64,000 nt of DNA from an uncultured SAR86 cluster bacterium (GTDB lineage Bacteria; Pseudomonadota; Gammaproteobacteria; Magnimaribacterales; D2472). The position numbers and the translations under genes are program-made. The notes beneath the pieces are model-generated. The model had not been told where the DNA came from. It was given only the letters and a program-made list of their open reading frames with translations, and searched no databases. The stretch is from positions 67,463-131,462 of the forward strand of contig CACJOM010000001.1 of the NCBI GenBank assembly GCA_902595065.1, written 5' to 3'. Below are positions 33,578-44,106 of the stretch, piece by piece (the stretch's first letter is position 1; each line of letters opens with the position of its first letter).

Positions 33578-34459
33578 TTACTTATTCTCCTTCCTTTTAA
33601 ATAATTCATCTAACTTTTGTTCAAATGAATGATAGTTTAAATACTCATACAGTTCATCTCTTGTCTGCATTTTATCAATTGAATTTGCTTGAGATCCGTT
33701 TGCAATAATGTCTAGATACACGCCCTCTGCAGCTTTATTCATTGCTCTAAAAGCAGATAAAGGAAATAGCATTATATCAACTCCAACTGATGCAAGTTCC
33801 TTTGCAGTAAAAAGAGGTGTTTTTCCAAATTCAGTAATATTTGCAAGAAGAGGTACTTGTAATGCATCCTTGAATTGCCTGTAATCCTCTAAACTAGATA
33901 CAGCCTCTAAAAACAATCCATCTGCTCCAGCTGCAATGTATTCTTTGCATCTATCAATTGCGCCTTCTATTCCTTCAGTTGCATAGGAATCAGTTCTCGC
34001 CATAATGAAAAAACTTTCATCTGTTCTAGCATCAACTGCAGCTTTAATTCGATCACTCATTTCAATTTTGTCGACAAGATTTTTATTTGGCCTATGGCCA
34101 CATCTTTTTTGAGTTACTTGATCTTCAATATGAACAGCCGCAACATCTGCAGCAATCATCTCTTTGATAGTTCTTCCAATGCTAAATGCACCACCAAAAC
34201 CAGTGTCAATATCAATCAAAAGAGGGAGGTTTGTTGCTTGAGTGATTCTTCTAGAATCTTCAGCAACATCATTTGAAGTTGTGATGGCTAAATCTGGCAG
34301 TCCGAAAGATGCAGTAGCAACCCCTGATCCAGAAAGATAAAGCGCTTTATGGCCTGCACTTTCTGCCATTTTTGCACAATATGCATTGACGGCACCAACG
34401 ACCATCAAAGGATTGTTTTCAGCTATTGCTTCTCTGAATTTTTTCCCCGGAGTATTCAT
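33578..34459 (-). CDS. prpB: 2-methylisocitrate lyase
   Basis: YLSGSG, DIDTGFG, KRCGHRP, MARTD, NITEFG. Confidence 0.97.
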   Translation of the reverse strand: MNTPGKKFREAIAENNPLMVVGAVNAYCAKMAESAGHKALYLSGSGVATASFGLPDLAITTSNDVAEDSRRITQATNLPLLIDIDTGFGGAFSIGRTIKEMIAADVAAVHIEDQVTQKRCGHRPNKNLVDKIEMSDRIKAAVDARTDESFFIMARTDSYATEGIEGAIDRCKEYIAAGADGLFLEAVSSLEDYRQFKDALQVPLLANITEFGKTPLFTAKELASVGVDIMLFPLSAFRAMNKAAEGVYLDIIANGSQANSIDKMQTRDELYEYLNYHSFEQKLDELFKRKENK

Positions 34460-34467
34460 TGGTTCGT

Positions 34468-34497
34468 ATTGTACTTTGCCAAGGGTATGTTTCCCAA
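34468..34497 (-). promoter_or_regulatory. Candidate internal promoter of prpBCD
   Basis: Minus strand TTGGGA-N18-TACAAT, then 8 nt to the prpB ATG, with no Shine-Dalgarno. Confidence 0.45.
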
Positions 34498-34498
34498 A

Positions 34499-35161
34499 TT
34501 AATTATAAAATTTAATGCCTCTGATAATTCGATCTTTATTATTTTCCTGGCGCCACTTATTTGTATCCCTTAAACTGTAAACGCAGCCACAGTATTCTTG
34601 TTGATAAAACTCTTCTCTTTTTGAGATCTCAATCATTCGAGATGCACCACCTTTTTTTCGCCAATTAAAATCCCAATAATAAACATCTTCATAGCGCTGT
34701 GCAGCCCTCAAACCCGAATCATTGATTTGTTCCATATTTTTCCAACGAGAAATTCCAAGCGTAGTCCCGTAAACCTTAAAATTATTTTCATGAGCATATA
34801 GAGCAGATCTCTCAAATCTCATATCAAAACATTGAGTGCACCTTTTACCTCTTTCAGGTTCATTTTCTAAACCTTTTATTCTCTCAAACCAATTTTCCTT
34901 GTCATAATCCGCATCAACAAAATCGAATCCTAGCTTGTCACAAAATCTCTTATTTTCATCCTTACGAATCTCATACTCTTCTTTCGGGTGAATGTTTGGA
35001 TTGTAAAAATAAACTGTTGTTTGGATATCTGATGCTGCTACAGCCTCCATAATCTCTCCGGCACATGGAGCGCAGCAACTATGAAGCAAAAGTTTTTTCT
35101 CATTACCAGGCATCTCTAGCTTTGGTCTTGAAAAGTTATTAAGCGAAAATGGATTATCCAT
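34499..35161 (-). CDS. queH: Epoxyqueuosine reductase QueH (DUF208)
   Basis: [28 protein letters not shown]. Confidence 0.92.
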   Translation of the reverse strand: MDNPFSLNNFSRPKLEMPGNEKKLLLHSCCAPCAGEIMEAVAASDIQTTVYFYNPNIHPKEEYEIRKDENKRFCDKLGFDFVDADYDKENWFERIKGLENEPERGKRCTQCFDMRFERSALYAHENNFKVYGTTLGISRWKNMEQINDSGLRAAQRYEDVYYWDFNWRKKGGASRMIEISKREEFYQQEYCGCVYSLRDTNKWRQENNKDRIIRGIKFYN

Positions 35162-35166
35162 GAGTG

Positions 35167-35766
35167 CTAATTAAAGCTCCTTAAAGCACTTAAGAGATTT
35201 GAATATGCATTAAAAGATGGGATTTCAGGCATTGAACTTGATATAGCTTCAGGCGCATTGATAAAGAAACCTTGATCAGCGACCTCGAACATTTGCAAAT
35301 CATTGAAGGAATCTCCTGCAGCTAAACATCTATAGCCCATAGACTGAAAGCCTAAGATTGCTTGTTTTTTCGCCTGGAGATCTCTTAATTTATAGCCAAG
35401 GATATTATCCTCAGTATCAACATCAAGAGTGTGACAAAGCAAAAGAGGATAACCAAGCTTTTCCATTAACGGATATGCAATTTCATGAAAAGTATCAGAC
35501 AGAATTACAACTTGAAACTCTTGCCTTACCTGATTTAAAAAATCTAGAGCACCATCAAGCAAGTCTAATTTCTCAGTTGCCTTAATTATGTCCGCTAACT
35601 TTAGATTATGCTCTTTCATTATTTCAATTCTGTAATCCATTAGATCAGAATATGAGGGAATATCTCTGGTGGTTTTATTTAACTCAGAGATTCCAGAATC
35701 AGCAGCAACTTGTTCCCATATTTCTGGAGTAAGGGTTCCCTCCATATCAAAACAAACTATATCCAT
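35167..35766 (-). CDS. thrH: Phosphoserine phosphatase / homoserine phosphotransferase (HAD)
   Basis: [33 protein letters not shown]. Confidence 0.92.
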   Translation of the reverse strand: MDIVCFDMEGTLTPEIWEQVAADSGISELNKTTRDIPSYSDLMDYRIEIMKEHNLKLADIIKATEKLDLLDGALDFLNQVRQEFQVVILSDTFHEIAYPLMEKLGYPLLLCHTLDVDTEDNILGYKLRDLQAKKQAILGFQSMGYRCLAAGDSFNDLQMFEVADQGFFINAPEAISSSMPEIPSFNAYSNLLSALRSFN

Positions 35767-35768
35767 GA

Positions 35769-36662
35769 TTAATTCCTATTTTTAATTCCGAATGGTACAT
35801 GAGCTGAGGTTACTTTTGCAGATGCATCCTCAATATTTTGTTGCTGGTCATCAAAAAAAATATCGGCTTCAAATGATTTTAAAAATTCTGATTTATTCAT
35901 GCCTCCTAAAAAAAGAGACTCATCAATCCTAACTCCCCATTTTCTAAGGGTTTTAATAACTCGCTTATGAGATGGAGCTGATCTGGCAGTAACGAGGGCT
36001 GTTCTAATAGGATTTTCACCTGCGTCTAATTCGGATTGAAGTTTATTCAGCTCAACTAAAAATGATTTAAAAGGCCCAGCCTTTAACATAGATTTTTTCT
36101 TTCGTTCATTGTCTAAAAAAGCTTTAAGCCCCTCTTCCTGAAAAACTTTCTCAGATTCATCAGAAAAAATTACTGAATCACCATCAAAAGCAATCTTAAG
36201 CAAATCACCATCTTTAATTTTTTTCTTGGTTTTTGATGGAATAATTCTTGCAGATGGGACATTATTTTCAATAGCCATTTTGACGTCGTCTTTACTACTA
36301 GATAAAAATAAATCTACTCCAAATGCTTTCACATATTTATATGGGCTTTCCCCGCCGCAGAATACAGCTCTACTGATATCAAGTTTGTGAGCTTCAATCG
36401 AATTAAAAACCCTAAGACCAGTGTCTGCAGTATTTCTAGATAATAGAATGACTTCTATTCTATCAGCAGACTCATAACGCTCATTAATTTTTAATATCTT
36501 GGTTACGAGGTTAAATGCCTCTCCTGGGTAAAGTATTTCGTTTTCATTTTCAATTTGATGAGTGCGATAAGCCTCAACTCCATCACTCTCAAAGATTTGA
36601 TGGCTTTGACTTAAATCAAAGAGTGCTCTTGATGAAATACCGATTACTAATTTTGAGTTCAT
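35769..36662 (-). CDS. 5'-nucleotidase (cN-I-like family)
   Basis: LVIGISSRALFDL, SRNTADTGLRVFNSI, AFDGDSVIFSDE, TARSAPSH, FFDDQ. Confidence 0.88.
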   Translation of the reverse strand: MNSKLVIGISSRALFDLSQSHQIFESDGVEAYRTHQIENENEILYPGEAFNLVTKILKINERYESADRIEVILLSRNTADTGLRVFNSIEAHKLDISRAVFCGGESPYKYVKAFGVDLFLSSSKDDVKMAIENNVPSARIIPSKTKKKIKDGDLLKIAFDGDSVIFSDESEKVFQEEGLKAFLDNERKKKSMLKAGPFKSFLVELNKLQSELDAGENPIRTALVTARSAPSHKRVIKTLRKWGVRIDESLFLGGMNKSEFLKSFEADIFFDDQQQNIEDASAKVTSAHVPFGIKNRN

Positions 36663-36675
36663 ATTTTAAAGAGAG

Positions 36676-36720
36676 TTGCAGTTATCTACCAAAATTTATA
36701 TACTGTAAAAATATACAGTA
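36676..36720 (+). promoter_or_regulatory. lexA promoter with overlapping LexA box
   Basis: TTGCAG(36676)-N17-TATACT(36699); SOS box CTGTAAAAATATACAG at 36703-36718. Confidence 0.9.
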
Positions 36721-36728
36721 TAAATAAT

Positions 36729-37346
36729 ATGAAAGAATTAACAAAACAACAAACAAAAGTTTTAGCTTGTGTAGAAGTTTATCTCAATAAAACTGGTTTT
36801 CCACCGACTAGAGCTGAAATATGCAAAGAGTTAGGCTTTAAATCTCCCAATGCGGCAGAAATGCATCTTAGAGCTCTTGAAAAGAAAGGCTATATTTCAA
36901 TTCAAAGTGGCTCCTCAAGAGGAATATCTATTGTCAAAAGCCAGCAATCTTTCGAGCAAACTGGAGAGCAAATGCCAGTCATTGGACTTGTTGCAGCTGG
37001 ATCTCCTACCCTTGCTGAAGAAAATATTGAAAAAAGAATCTCTTGCGACCCAAATATGTTTTCTGACAGTTTTGATTATTTTTTGAAGGTGAAAGGTCTC
37101 AGTATGATTGAGGCAGGAATCCATGAGGATGATTTGGTAGCAATTAAAAAAACTACAGATGTAAAGAATGGTGATTTGGTTGTTGTTAGGCTTGAAGATG
37201 AGGTAACTTTAAAATATTTCAAAAAAACCAATCATAGTCTTGAGTTAATTCCAGCTAATAAAGATTTCTCAACAATTGAAGTTGACCTAAGAGAACAAGA
37301 AGCATTTGTTGAAGGCAAAAGTGTTGGTTTAATTAGAACTCACTAA
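36729..37346 (+). CDS. lexA: SOS repressor LexA
   Basis: GFPPTRAEI...GFKSPNAAE-HL winged HTH, VAAG cleavage site, GLSM, VTLK. Confidence 0.98.
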   Translation: MKELTKQQTKVLACVEVYLNKTGFPPTRAEICKELGFKSPNAAEMHLRALEKKGYISIQSGSSRGISIVKSQQSFEQTGEQMPVIGLVAAGSPTLAEENIEKRISCDPNMFSDSFDYFLKVKGLSMIEAGIHEDDLVAIKKTTDVKNGDLVVVRLEDEVTLKYFKKTNHSLELIPANKDFSTIEVDLREQEAFVEGKSVGLIRTH

Positions 37347-37600
37347 TGAAGAACTACTGGTTTTTTTCTTAAGCTATTTTTTTCACTATCAAAAAAATCA
37401 TCGAAATCGATTGAATTACCGCTAACACTCTCTATTCCAGCTCTAATCATTTCTTTGGCAACTGAAAGTTCTGCACCATTTAAAAATTCCTTTGATTCGC
37501 CTGAGAACTCAATCTTTACTATTGGATTTTCATGATCATCGGATCTCCTTAAAACAATTGTGCCGTCAGGAAGTTGGGTAAGCTCTAGGTAATTAGACAT
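37343..37600 (-). CDS. Small conserved-looking hypothetical protein
   Basis: 85-aa ORF filling the gap between lexA and topA; resembles, from recall, the small protein found beside topA in Pseudomonas. Confidence 0.7.
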   Translation of the reverse strand: MSNYLELTQLPDGTIVLRRSDDHENPIVKIEFSGESKEFLNGAELSVAKEMIRAGIESVSGNSIDFDDFFDSEKNSLRKKPVVLH

Positions 37601-37693
37601 AAATATTTATTATTAAACTTTAACACCCTTCTCGTAAATATTGAAAGGTTTCGATATTGATATATGAACTAATCTAGTTTATTCAAGGAATAT

Positions 37694-40321
37694 TTATTTA
37701 GAAACTTCAACCCACTTATCGCCATTATGAGAGGCAGTATTCCCAGTTTTTTTGCCATCTTTCTCAGAAGCAAGATAATGAGTATCCTCAACCTTATTAT
37801 ATCTAATGATATATGGGTTCCCATCAATATCTTTTTTAGGTGCATCTAAAAGATGTATATGCTTACCTTGATCTTCTAGATACTTACATGCATCAAGTAA
37901 GGTCTCCTCAGTTACTGCTTGATTAAATTCCTCAACAGATGGCGCGCGAGTTTCTCTGTTTTTTGGATATTTACTGGCCGCTAAAAAAAGTCCTTTCATG
38001 CTATCTCTTAATAAATAAATATCTTCAAATTTAATGCAAGGAATGTTGGTAGTAATTGGTTCCATGACAATGGGTTTTGGCTCTCCATTTCTTTGAAGTG
38101 CTCTGGTTGCACCACAATTATCATTCATGCAGCCAAAATATTTTCCAAACCTACCAGTTTTTAGTTGCATTTCAGATCCGCACTTATGACAAGATAACGT
38201 TGGGCCATCATATCCTCTGATTTTAAATGTGCCTTCTTCAACTGAAAATCCATCACAATCAGGATTGTTCGAACAGACATGCAGTTTATGATTTTCATCT
38301 AAAAGATAATTGTCCATACTCAGATCACATTTTGGACAACGACGTTTTGCAACTAAATGCTCTGCTTCCTCTTGATCATCAACACTAACAGCCTCATCGC
38401 CTGAGATAAGATTCAAAGTTTTTTTGCATTGCTCATCGCCTGGTAAACTATACCCAGCACATCCTAGAAAAACTCCATTACTAGCATTTCTAATAGTTAA
38501 TTTATTTTTTTTGCATTCAGGACAATTGATATTTGTCATCGTGGGAAGATTGGGAATCATACCATTTTCTTCATCCATTGCTGATAAAAGGTCATCCTGA
38601 AAGGCAGAATAATAAGAGTTTAAAACTTCTTTCCAATTCAACTCACCATTTGCAATTCTATCTAACTCATTTTCAAAATTAGCAGTAAAACTGTAATCCA
38701 TGATGTCATCAAAGCTGCTTACAAGCCTATCAGTAACAATCATTCCAATTTTTTTAACAAAGAATCGTCTATTTTGGATCTCAACATATCCTCTATCCTG
38801 AATCGTAGAAATAATATTTGCATAGGTAGAAGGTCTTCCAATTCCTCTTTTTTCTAATTCTTTTACTAACGCGGCTTCAGAAAACCTTGCTGGAGGCTTA
38901 GTGTACTTTTGTTTATTCTCTAAATCCCTCAGGGTTAATTGCTGATTAACTTCAAGTGGGGGTAAAATATTGGCCTCTTGATCATCAGACTTTGACTTTA
39001 CAATTCTTGTGAAGCCATCAAACACAACTTCTCTTCCAGTTGCGGAAAAAATATATTCTTCTAATTGTATTTTTGCGTTAGTAGCCAAATATTCTGCATC
39101 AGGTAATTGTGATCCTATAAATTGTTGCCAAATTAACTCGTATAATTTTTTTTCCTCATCTGACGAGGAGATTAAACCTTCTGATTTGGTTGACGCATTT
39201 GTGGGCCTTATTGCCTCATGAGCCTCTTGCGCATTTTCACTTGAAGAATATATTCTTGGAGCATTAGTAAGATATTTGTCTCCAAGATTAGTTTCGACAT
39301 ACATTCTTGCGTCAGCAATTGATTCAGGAGACAAAGCGGGAGCATCTGTTCTCATATAAGTAATAAGACCATTTTCATAGAGTTTTTGGGCGGTTCTCAT
39401 GGTTCTCTTTACATTAAAACCTAGCTTTGTACTTGCCGCTTGCTGAAGTGTTGAAGTGATAAAAGGAGGTTTTGGTTTAACCTTAACTGGTTTTTGGGTT
39501 ACCTCACTTATAAGCAAATCTGAGGATCTAATCAATTCTTCAATTTTTTTTGATTCCTCAGCTTGCAAAAGCGGATCTGATTTTTTTCTATTCAGATTAA
39601 ATGCGATACCATGATTTTTATCATTTTGTGCATTAAATGAAATCTCCCAAAACTCATCAGGCTTAAACTTTTGAATGCTATGCTCTCGTTCTACCAAAAG
39701 TCTTAATGCTACAGATTGAACTCTTCCAGCTGATAAATTACGGGCAATTTTTGCCCATAAAAGTGGAGATAATTCAAAACCAACTACTCTATCTAAAAAC
39801 CTTCTTGCTTGTTGAGCTTCAACAAGATTTGCATCTATCTCTTTTGGATCTTCAAAAGATTCTAAGATTGCATCTTTTGTAATTTGATTAAATCTAACTC
39901 TCGAGTAATTAAATTTGTCTGCTCCCAGCGCTTCTTGAAGATGCCAAGCTATTGCCTCACCCTCTCTATCAAGATCAGTTGCAAGATAAATTGAATCTAC
40001 AGACTTTGCTGCAGTTTTTAATTCTTTAATAACTTTTGCTTTTTCAGGAATGATTTCATAATTTGCTGCCCAGCCATTATCAGGATCAATTCCCATCCTT
40101 CTAACGAGTCGTTTTCGCTCATTAATTTTTTTCAGCCTTCTCTTCTCGTCATCGGGAAGATCTTTAGGAATGGTATTTCTTTGTGCAGGTTTTTTAGACT
40201 TTCCCTTTGGAAGATCTCTAATATGACCAACGCTAGACTTTACAATATAGTCAGAACCTAAATACTTAGAAATAGTTTTAGCTTTGGCGGGTGACTCAAC
40301 TATAACAAGGGTTTTTGACAT
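37694..40321 (-). CDS. topA: DNA topoisomerase I
   Basis: LVIVESPAKAKTI, ATDLDREGEAIAWH, SAGRVQS, ITYMRTD (catalytic Tyr), C-terminal Cys zinc ribbons. Confidence 0.98.
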   Translation of the reverse strand: MSKTLVIVESPAKAKTISKYLGSDYIVKSSVGHIRDLPKGKSKKPAQRNTIPKDLPDDEKRRLKKINERKRLVRRMGIDPDNGWAANYEIIPEKAKVIKELKTAAKSVDSIYLATDLDREGEAIAWHLQEALGADKFNYSRVRFNQITKDAILESFEDPKEIDANLVEAQQARRFLDRVVGFELSPLLWAKIARNLSAGRVQSVALRLLVEREHSIQKFKPDEFWEISFNAQNDKNHGIAFNLNRKKSDPLLQAEESKKIEELIRSSDLLISEVTQKPVKVKPKPPFITSTLQQAASTKLGFNVKRTMRTAQKLYENGLITYMRTDAPALSPESIADARMYVETNLGDKYLTNAPRIYSSSENAQEAHEAIRPTNASTKSEGLISSSDEEKKLYELIWQQFIGSQLPDAEYLATNAKIQLEEYIFSATGREVVFDGFTRIVKSKSDDQEANILPPLEVNQQLTLRDLENKQKYTKPPARFSEAALVKELEKRGIGRPSTYANIISTIQDRGYVEIQNRRFFVKKIGMIVTDRLVSSFDDIMDYSFTANFENELDRIANGELNWKEVLNSYYSAFQDDLLSAMDEENGMIPNLPTMTNINCPECKKNKLTIRNASNGVFLGCAGYSLPGDEQCKKTLNLISGDEAVSVDDQEEAEHLVAKRRCPKCDLSMDNYLLDENHKLHVCSNNPDCDGFSVEEGTFKIRGYDGPTLSCHKCGSEMQLKTGRFGKYFGCMNDNCGATRALQRNGEPKPIVMEPITTNIPCIKFEDIYLLRDSMKGLFLAASKYPKNRETRAPSVEEFNQAVTEETLLDACKYLEDQGKHIHLLDAPKKDIDGNPYIIRYNKVEDTHYLASEKDGKKTGNTASHNGDKWVEVSK

Positions 40322-40349
40322 AAATTATTCAACTAAAATTTGTAAAAAT

Positions 40350-40784
40350 TCATATTTCTAATAAAGCTTCTTTTATTTTAAGAAGCTCTTCAATACCAAT
40401 CAATTCATTCCAAACGATTGCTATATTGGACTGATAAAAAATAATTTCAAGTACAGAAGATGGTAATTTAGAAATTTTTTTCTCGATCATTTCAAAATTT
40501 TTTTCATATTTAAATGAAATTGGCTTGTAAAGTTCAAGCTTATTTTCTTTTCTCAGATAATGTAAATTTTTTAATTCTGAAGAATTTTTAATTTGATATA
40601 TTGCAACTTCAGGATTCCAATTCTTAAATTTTTTTCTTAACTCATTTGTTGATCCAATCTTAAATCCTTCTTTTGCAGCTTGCATTCTGACCCGGCTGAG
40701 AAATTTCATTTTTTTTGATGGCTTCAAAAAACCAATTGCTCCAATTAAAAAAAGAATGACAAAAATAGCGATGAAAGGTTCCAT
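40350..40784 (-). CDS. Hypothetical protein with a single N-terminal TM helix
   Basis: Hydrophobic N-terminus followed by KPS...R--AAK-G; in the run between pyrD and topA. Confidence 0.65.
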   Translation of the reverse strand: MEPFIAIFVILFLIGAIGFLKPSKKMKFLSRVRMQAAKEGFKIGSTNELRKKFKNWNPEVAIYQIKNSSELKNLHYLRKENKLELYKPISFKYEKNFEMIEKKISKLPSSVLEIIFYQSNIAIVWNELIGIEELLKIKEALLEI

Positions 40785-40790
40785 AAAACT

Positions 40791-41777
40791 TTATCTAAGC
40801 AGCTTCGCTACAATTTTAGGGCCGTGATAAATAAAACTTGTATAAATTTGAACCAAAGACGCACCTTTATCCAATTTTGAATTAAAACTTTCTTTACTAT
40901 CAACGCCGCCTACTCCAATTTTAAGTAAATTTGGAGCGTATGAATGAGTTAATTTCAAAAGCTCATTTGATTTCTCCAGCAAGGGTTTGCCTGACAAACC
41001 TCCTTCAAGATTGCTTCGACCAGAATATCTTAAATTATCTTTTTCAATTGTGGTGTTAGAGGTAATTACCCCATCAAATTCAAATTTTTTAATTGCTTCT
41101 ATGATTCCAGTAATAATTTGCTCATCTTCATCTGGTGAAAGTTTAATAAATATAGGTTTATGATATTGCTTCTCGATACGAGCTAAATTTAAAGCCTCAA
41201 ATAAAGGTAAAAAATTTTCTTGTTTATGTAACGATCTTAAATTAGGTGTATTAGGTGAAGAGATATTAACTGTAATATAGTCAGCATATGGGCAAACTTT
41301 TTTAAAACACTCTATGTAATCATCAACTCTTTTCTGGCCCTCTGAAGTTTTGTTGGCACCAATGTTGACACCCAAAATTCCATTAAAATTCCTCAACTTT
41401 ATCTTTTTAACTAAATAATCAACTCCTTTATTATTAAATCCAAGCTTATTAACAATTGCTCCCTGATTAGGAAAACGAAAGATCCTTGGCTTTGGGTTGC
41501 CTGGTTGAGCCAGAGGCGTAACTGTGCCTACTTCTATGAAGCCAAAGCCCAATGCGCCTAAAGAGTCAATAAAATCACCATTTTTATCAAGCCCCGCTGC
41601 AATTCCGAGTTTATTTTTAAAAATTAAACCTTTGAATTCGAATGACTCTGACGAATTTTCATAGGGAAAAAGAATGCTAGTGAGATTAAATTTATGAAGA
41701 AAATTTAGTGAATTTAGAGCTATAGAGTGAGATATTTCAGGGGGCAGTAATCTTAAAAGAAATAATGCAATCCTCAT
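40791..41777 (-). CDS. pyrD: Quinone-dependent dihydroorotate dehydrogenase
   Basis: AAGLDKNG, GTVTP-AQ-GNPKPR, NISSPNTPNLR, GGLSGKP. Confidence 0.97.
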   Translation of the reverse strand: MRIALFLLRLLPPEISHSIALNSLNFLHKFNLTSILFPYENSSESFEFKGLIFKNKLGIAAGLDKNGDFIDSLGALGFGFIEVGTVTPLAQPGNPKPRIFRFPNQGAIVNKLGFNNKGVDYLVKKIKLRNFNGILGVNIGANKTSEGQKRVDDYIECFKKVCPYADYITVNISSPNTPNLRSLHKQENFLPLFEALNLARIEKQYHKPIFIKLSPDEDEQIITGIIEAIKKFEFDGVITSNTTIEKDNLRYSGRSNLEGGLSGKPLLEKSNELLKLTHSYAPNLLKIGVGGVDSKESFNSKLDKGASLVQIYTSFIYHGPKIVAKLLR

Positions 41778-41798
41778 CTAAAAGTATCCATGTTCACC

Positions 41799-42632
41799 TT
41801 AATCATCAAAAAGTTCTTTGGCGAGATATTTAATGGCATTCACATAACCATGCCTAGAACCACAGTCAAATTTTTTACCTTCATACAAATGTCCCACTAC
41901 TTTTTCATCATTGAGCATTAGTTTAATTGCATCAGTAAGTTGAACTTCGCCACCAACACTGGGTTTAAGATTTTTTAAATACTTAAAGATGTTACTAGAA
42001 AGAACATATCTTCCAACCACTGCTAGATTTGAAGGTGGATTGATTTTTGGTTTTTCGACAATATCTTTTAAAAAAAATGAGGTTTTTGTTGAAGGGGATT
42101 CATCAATAGAGATGACGCCATATTTTTCTATTTCATTTTCTGGAACCTCATTTACTCCAATGATGGAACATTTGTGTTCATCATAGGATGAGATCAATTG
42201 AGATATGCATGATGGATTATTAATTATTAAATCATCTGCTAGAACTATCGCAAAAGCTTCTTCTTGAATTAAATGCTCTGAATGTAAAATAGCATCGCCA
42301 AGTCCACTTTGTGTTTTTTGTCTTACATAAGTGAATTTAATATCCTTAAAGATATCTCTGTTAATTTTTTCTAAAAAACCATCTTTTCCAGCATTTTGAA
42401 GTTTTTCTTCAAGTTCAAAGTTTTGATCAAAATGATCCTCTATCGCTCTTTTGGTATGGCTGGTAATAAATATAATCTCAGTTATGCCAGCATTCACAGC
42501 CTCCTCAACAGCATATTCAATTAATGGCTTATCAATAATCGGGAGCATTTCTTTTGGAATCGCTTTAGTGGCCGGTAAAAACCTTGTACCTAGGCCTGCT
42601 ACAGGGAATACTGCTTTAGTTATTTTTTTCAT
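41799..42632 (-). CDS. galU: UTP--glucose-1-phosphate uridylyltransferase
   Basis: PVAGLGTRFLPATKAIPKEMLP, GLGDA, VEKP, GEVQLTDA. Confidence 0.97.
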   Translation of the reverse strand: MKKITKAVFPVAGLGTRFLPATKAIPKEMLPIIDKPLIEYAVEEAVNAGITEIIFITSHTKRAIEDHFDQNFELEEKLQNAGKDGFLEKINRDIFKDIKFTYVRQKTQSGLGDAILHSEHLIQEEAFAIVLADDLIINNPSCISQLISSYDEHKCSIIGVNEVPENEIEKYGVISIDESPSTKTSFFLKDIVEKPKINPPSNLAVVGRYVLSSNIFKYLKNLKPSVGGEVQLTDAIKLMLNDEKVVGHLYEGKKFDCGSRHGYVNAIKYLAKELFDD

Positions 42633-42637
42633 GCTAA

Positions 42638-43279
42638 TTAAAACTTTAAAGTGTATCTAGCTATTATGCCAAGTATAAACCCAGCTATCATACCAACTAA
42701 ATGAGCGATATTTGCAACATTTCCAAAACCGAAAATTTTTAATAATCCTGTAAAGCCAATCAACAGCCAAATAAACATAAAAACGTATAAGGCATTTGGG
42801 AGATCATACCTTTGACCTCTGTTGTCTAAATCCAATATAAAGCAATATCCTAAAAGACCATAGACAGCTCCACTCAGCCCCCCAAAGAGATAATCACCAG
42901 TTATAAAATATTGTCCGAGGTTGCTCGACAAACCTGAAATTAAAAATAAGGTTAAAAAGATTCCTCTCCCATCAATAATTTCAATTTTTGATCCCAATAT
43001 ATAAATCCATAAACAATTAAATATCAGGTGAGTAAGTGAAAAATGAAGAAAAGTTGGAGAGATGAGTCGCCACCATTCTTGAGAAACTATGTAAGTATTC
43101 TCAAATGATGGGTATAAATTTGACCCACTACTTTTTAGAAAAAGAAATGGCTCAAGCAGACTGCTAAAACCAAAATTCGTTATAAAGCTAAGCAATACAG
43201 CAATCGCAATAACAAAAAAGTATGAAGAGTTAGTATTCAAATTTAATAGTTTTTCTTGGCGGTAATATCTAAGCTCCAA
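42638..43279 (-). CDS. Rhomboid intramembrane serine protease (true start probably a few codons downstream)
   Basis: EWWRL-SP-FLHF, HLIFN, GGLSG (catalytic Ser), AHLVG (catalytic His). Confidence 0.9.
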   Translation of the reverse strand: MELRYYRQEKLLNLNTNSSYFFVIAIAVLLSFITNFGFSSLLEPFLFLKSSGSNLYPSFENTYIVSQEWWRLISPTFLHFSLTHLIFNCLWIYILGSKIEIIDGRGIFLTLFLISGLSSNLGQYFITGDYLFGGLSGAVYGLLGYCFILDLDNRGQRYDLPNALYVFMFIWLLIGFTGLLKIFGFGNVANIAHLVGMIAGFILGIIARYTLKF

Positions 43280-44106
43280 CCAAGTTTTTCTCTACAGGCC
43301 TCATAGAAATCATTATCTGATGGATGAATAATTTTTAAAGATGAATCCTTTTTAGAAATATGAATAGATTTATTATATTCAACAGGTATGTCTTTTTGAC
43401 CGTCTACACAAACCATAGCATGCTCTAAAGGCCCTTCGATAAGTTGAATTTCCAAAGATTTTATGTTCGAAACTATTAAGGGCCTAGATGAGAGGCTCTG
43501 TGACATCATTGGGATAATGTTCCAAATATTTAATTCTGGATGAACTATTGATCCTCCTGCAGATAATGCATATGCAGTGGACCCGGTTGGGGTTGCAACA
43601 ATTAATCCATCTGATCGTTGTTCATATACAGTTTTACCATCTATCAATAGTCTATATCTCATAAGCTGAGCATAAGATCCAGAATGAATTAATACTTCGT
43701 TAAGACCAAAAACTTCGTTGTCTGAGAATTGCGCTTCAACTAAACTTCTTTCTTCAAGAATATAGTTGCCCTTGAAAACATCATTGATGACTGATTCAAA
43801 GTTTTCAATATTTACATCAGTTAAAAAACCAACAGCACCCATATTGATTCCTAAGATTGGGATCTCATTTTCGATAAATTTTCTTGCCGCTCCCAATAAA
43901 GTACCGTCACCACCAAATACAATTATTAAATCAACAGAATTATTAAATTTTTCAAGATCGACAATATCTACGCCTTCGTAATCAATCTGATCAGTTGAAA
44001 AAATAGTCTTAGTGTTTTTCATCAAAACACTAAGCAGCCCACCTACAATAGAGGATTCACTTGATGAGAGGCTTTTTTTTGAAACAATGCCTATATTTTT
44101 AAACAT
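43243..44106 (-). CDS. nadK: NAD kinase (start ATG 44106)
   Basis: GGDGTLL, GFLT, LNE, DGLIVATPTGSTAYALSAGG. Confidence 0.97.
   Translation of the reverse strand: MFKNIGIVSKKSLSSSESSIVGGLLSVLMKNTKTIFSTDQIDYEGVDIVDLEKFNNSVDLIIVFGGDGTLLGAARKFIENEIPILGINMGAVGFLTDVNIENFESVINDVFKGNYILEERSLVEAQFSDNEVFGLNEVLIHSGSYAQLMRYRLLIDGKTVYEQRSDGLIVATPTGSTAYALSAGGSIVHPELNIWNIIPMMSQSLSSRPLIVSNIKSLEIQLIEGPLEHAMVCVDGQKDIPVEYNKSIHISKKDSSLKIIHPSDNDFYEACREKLGWSLDITAKKNY

Noticed and set aside
34483-34495. GGG-N7-CCC hairpin after queH as a terminator
   Set aside because: The stem is only 3 bp with no proper U-tract; the region fits better as a promoter spacer.
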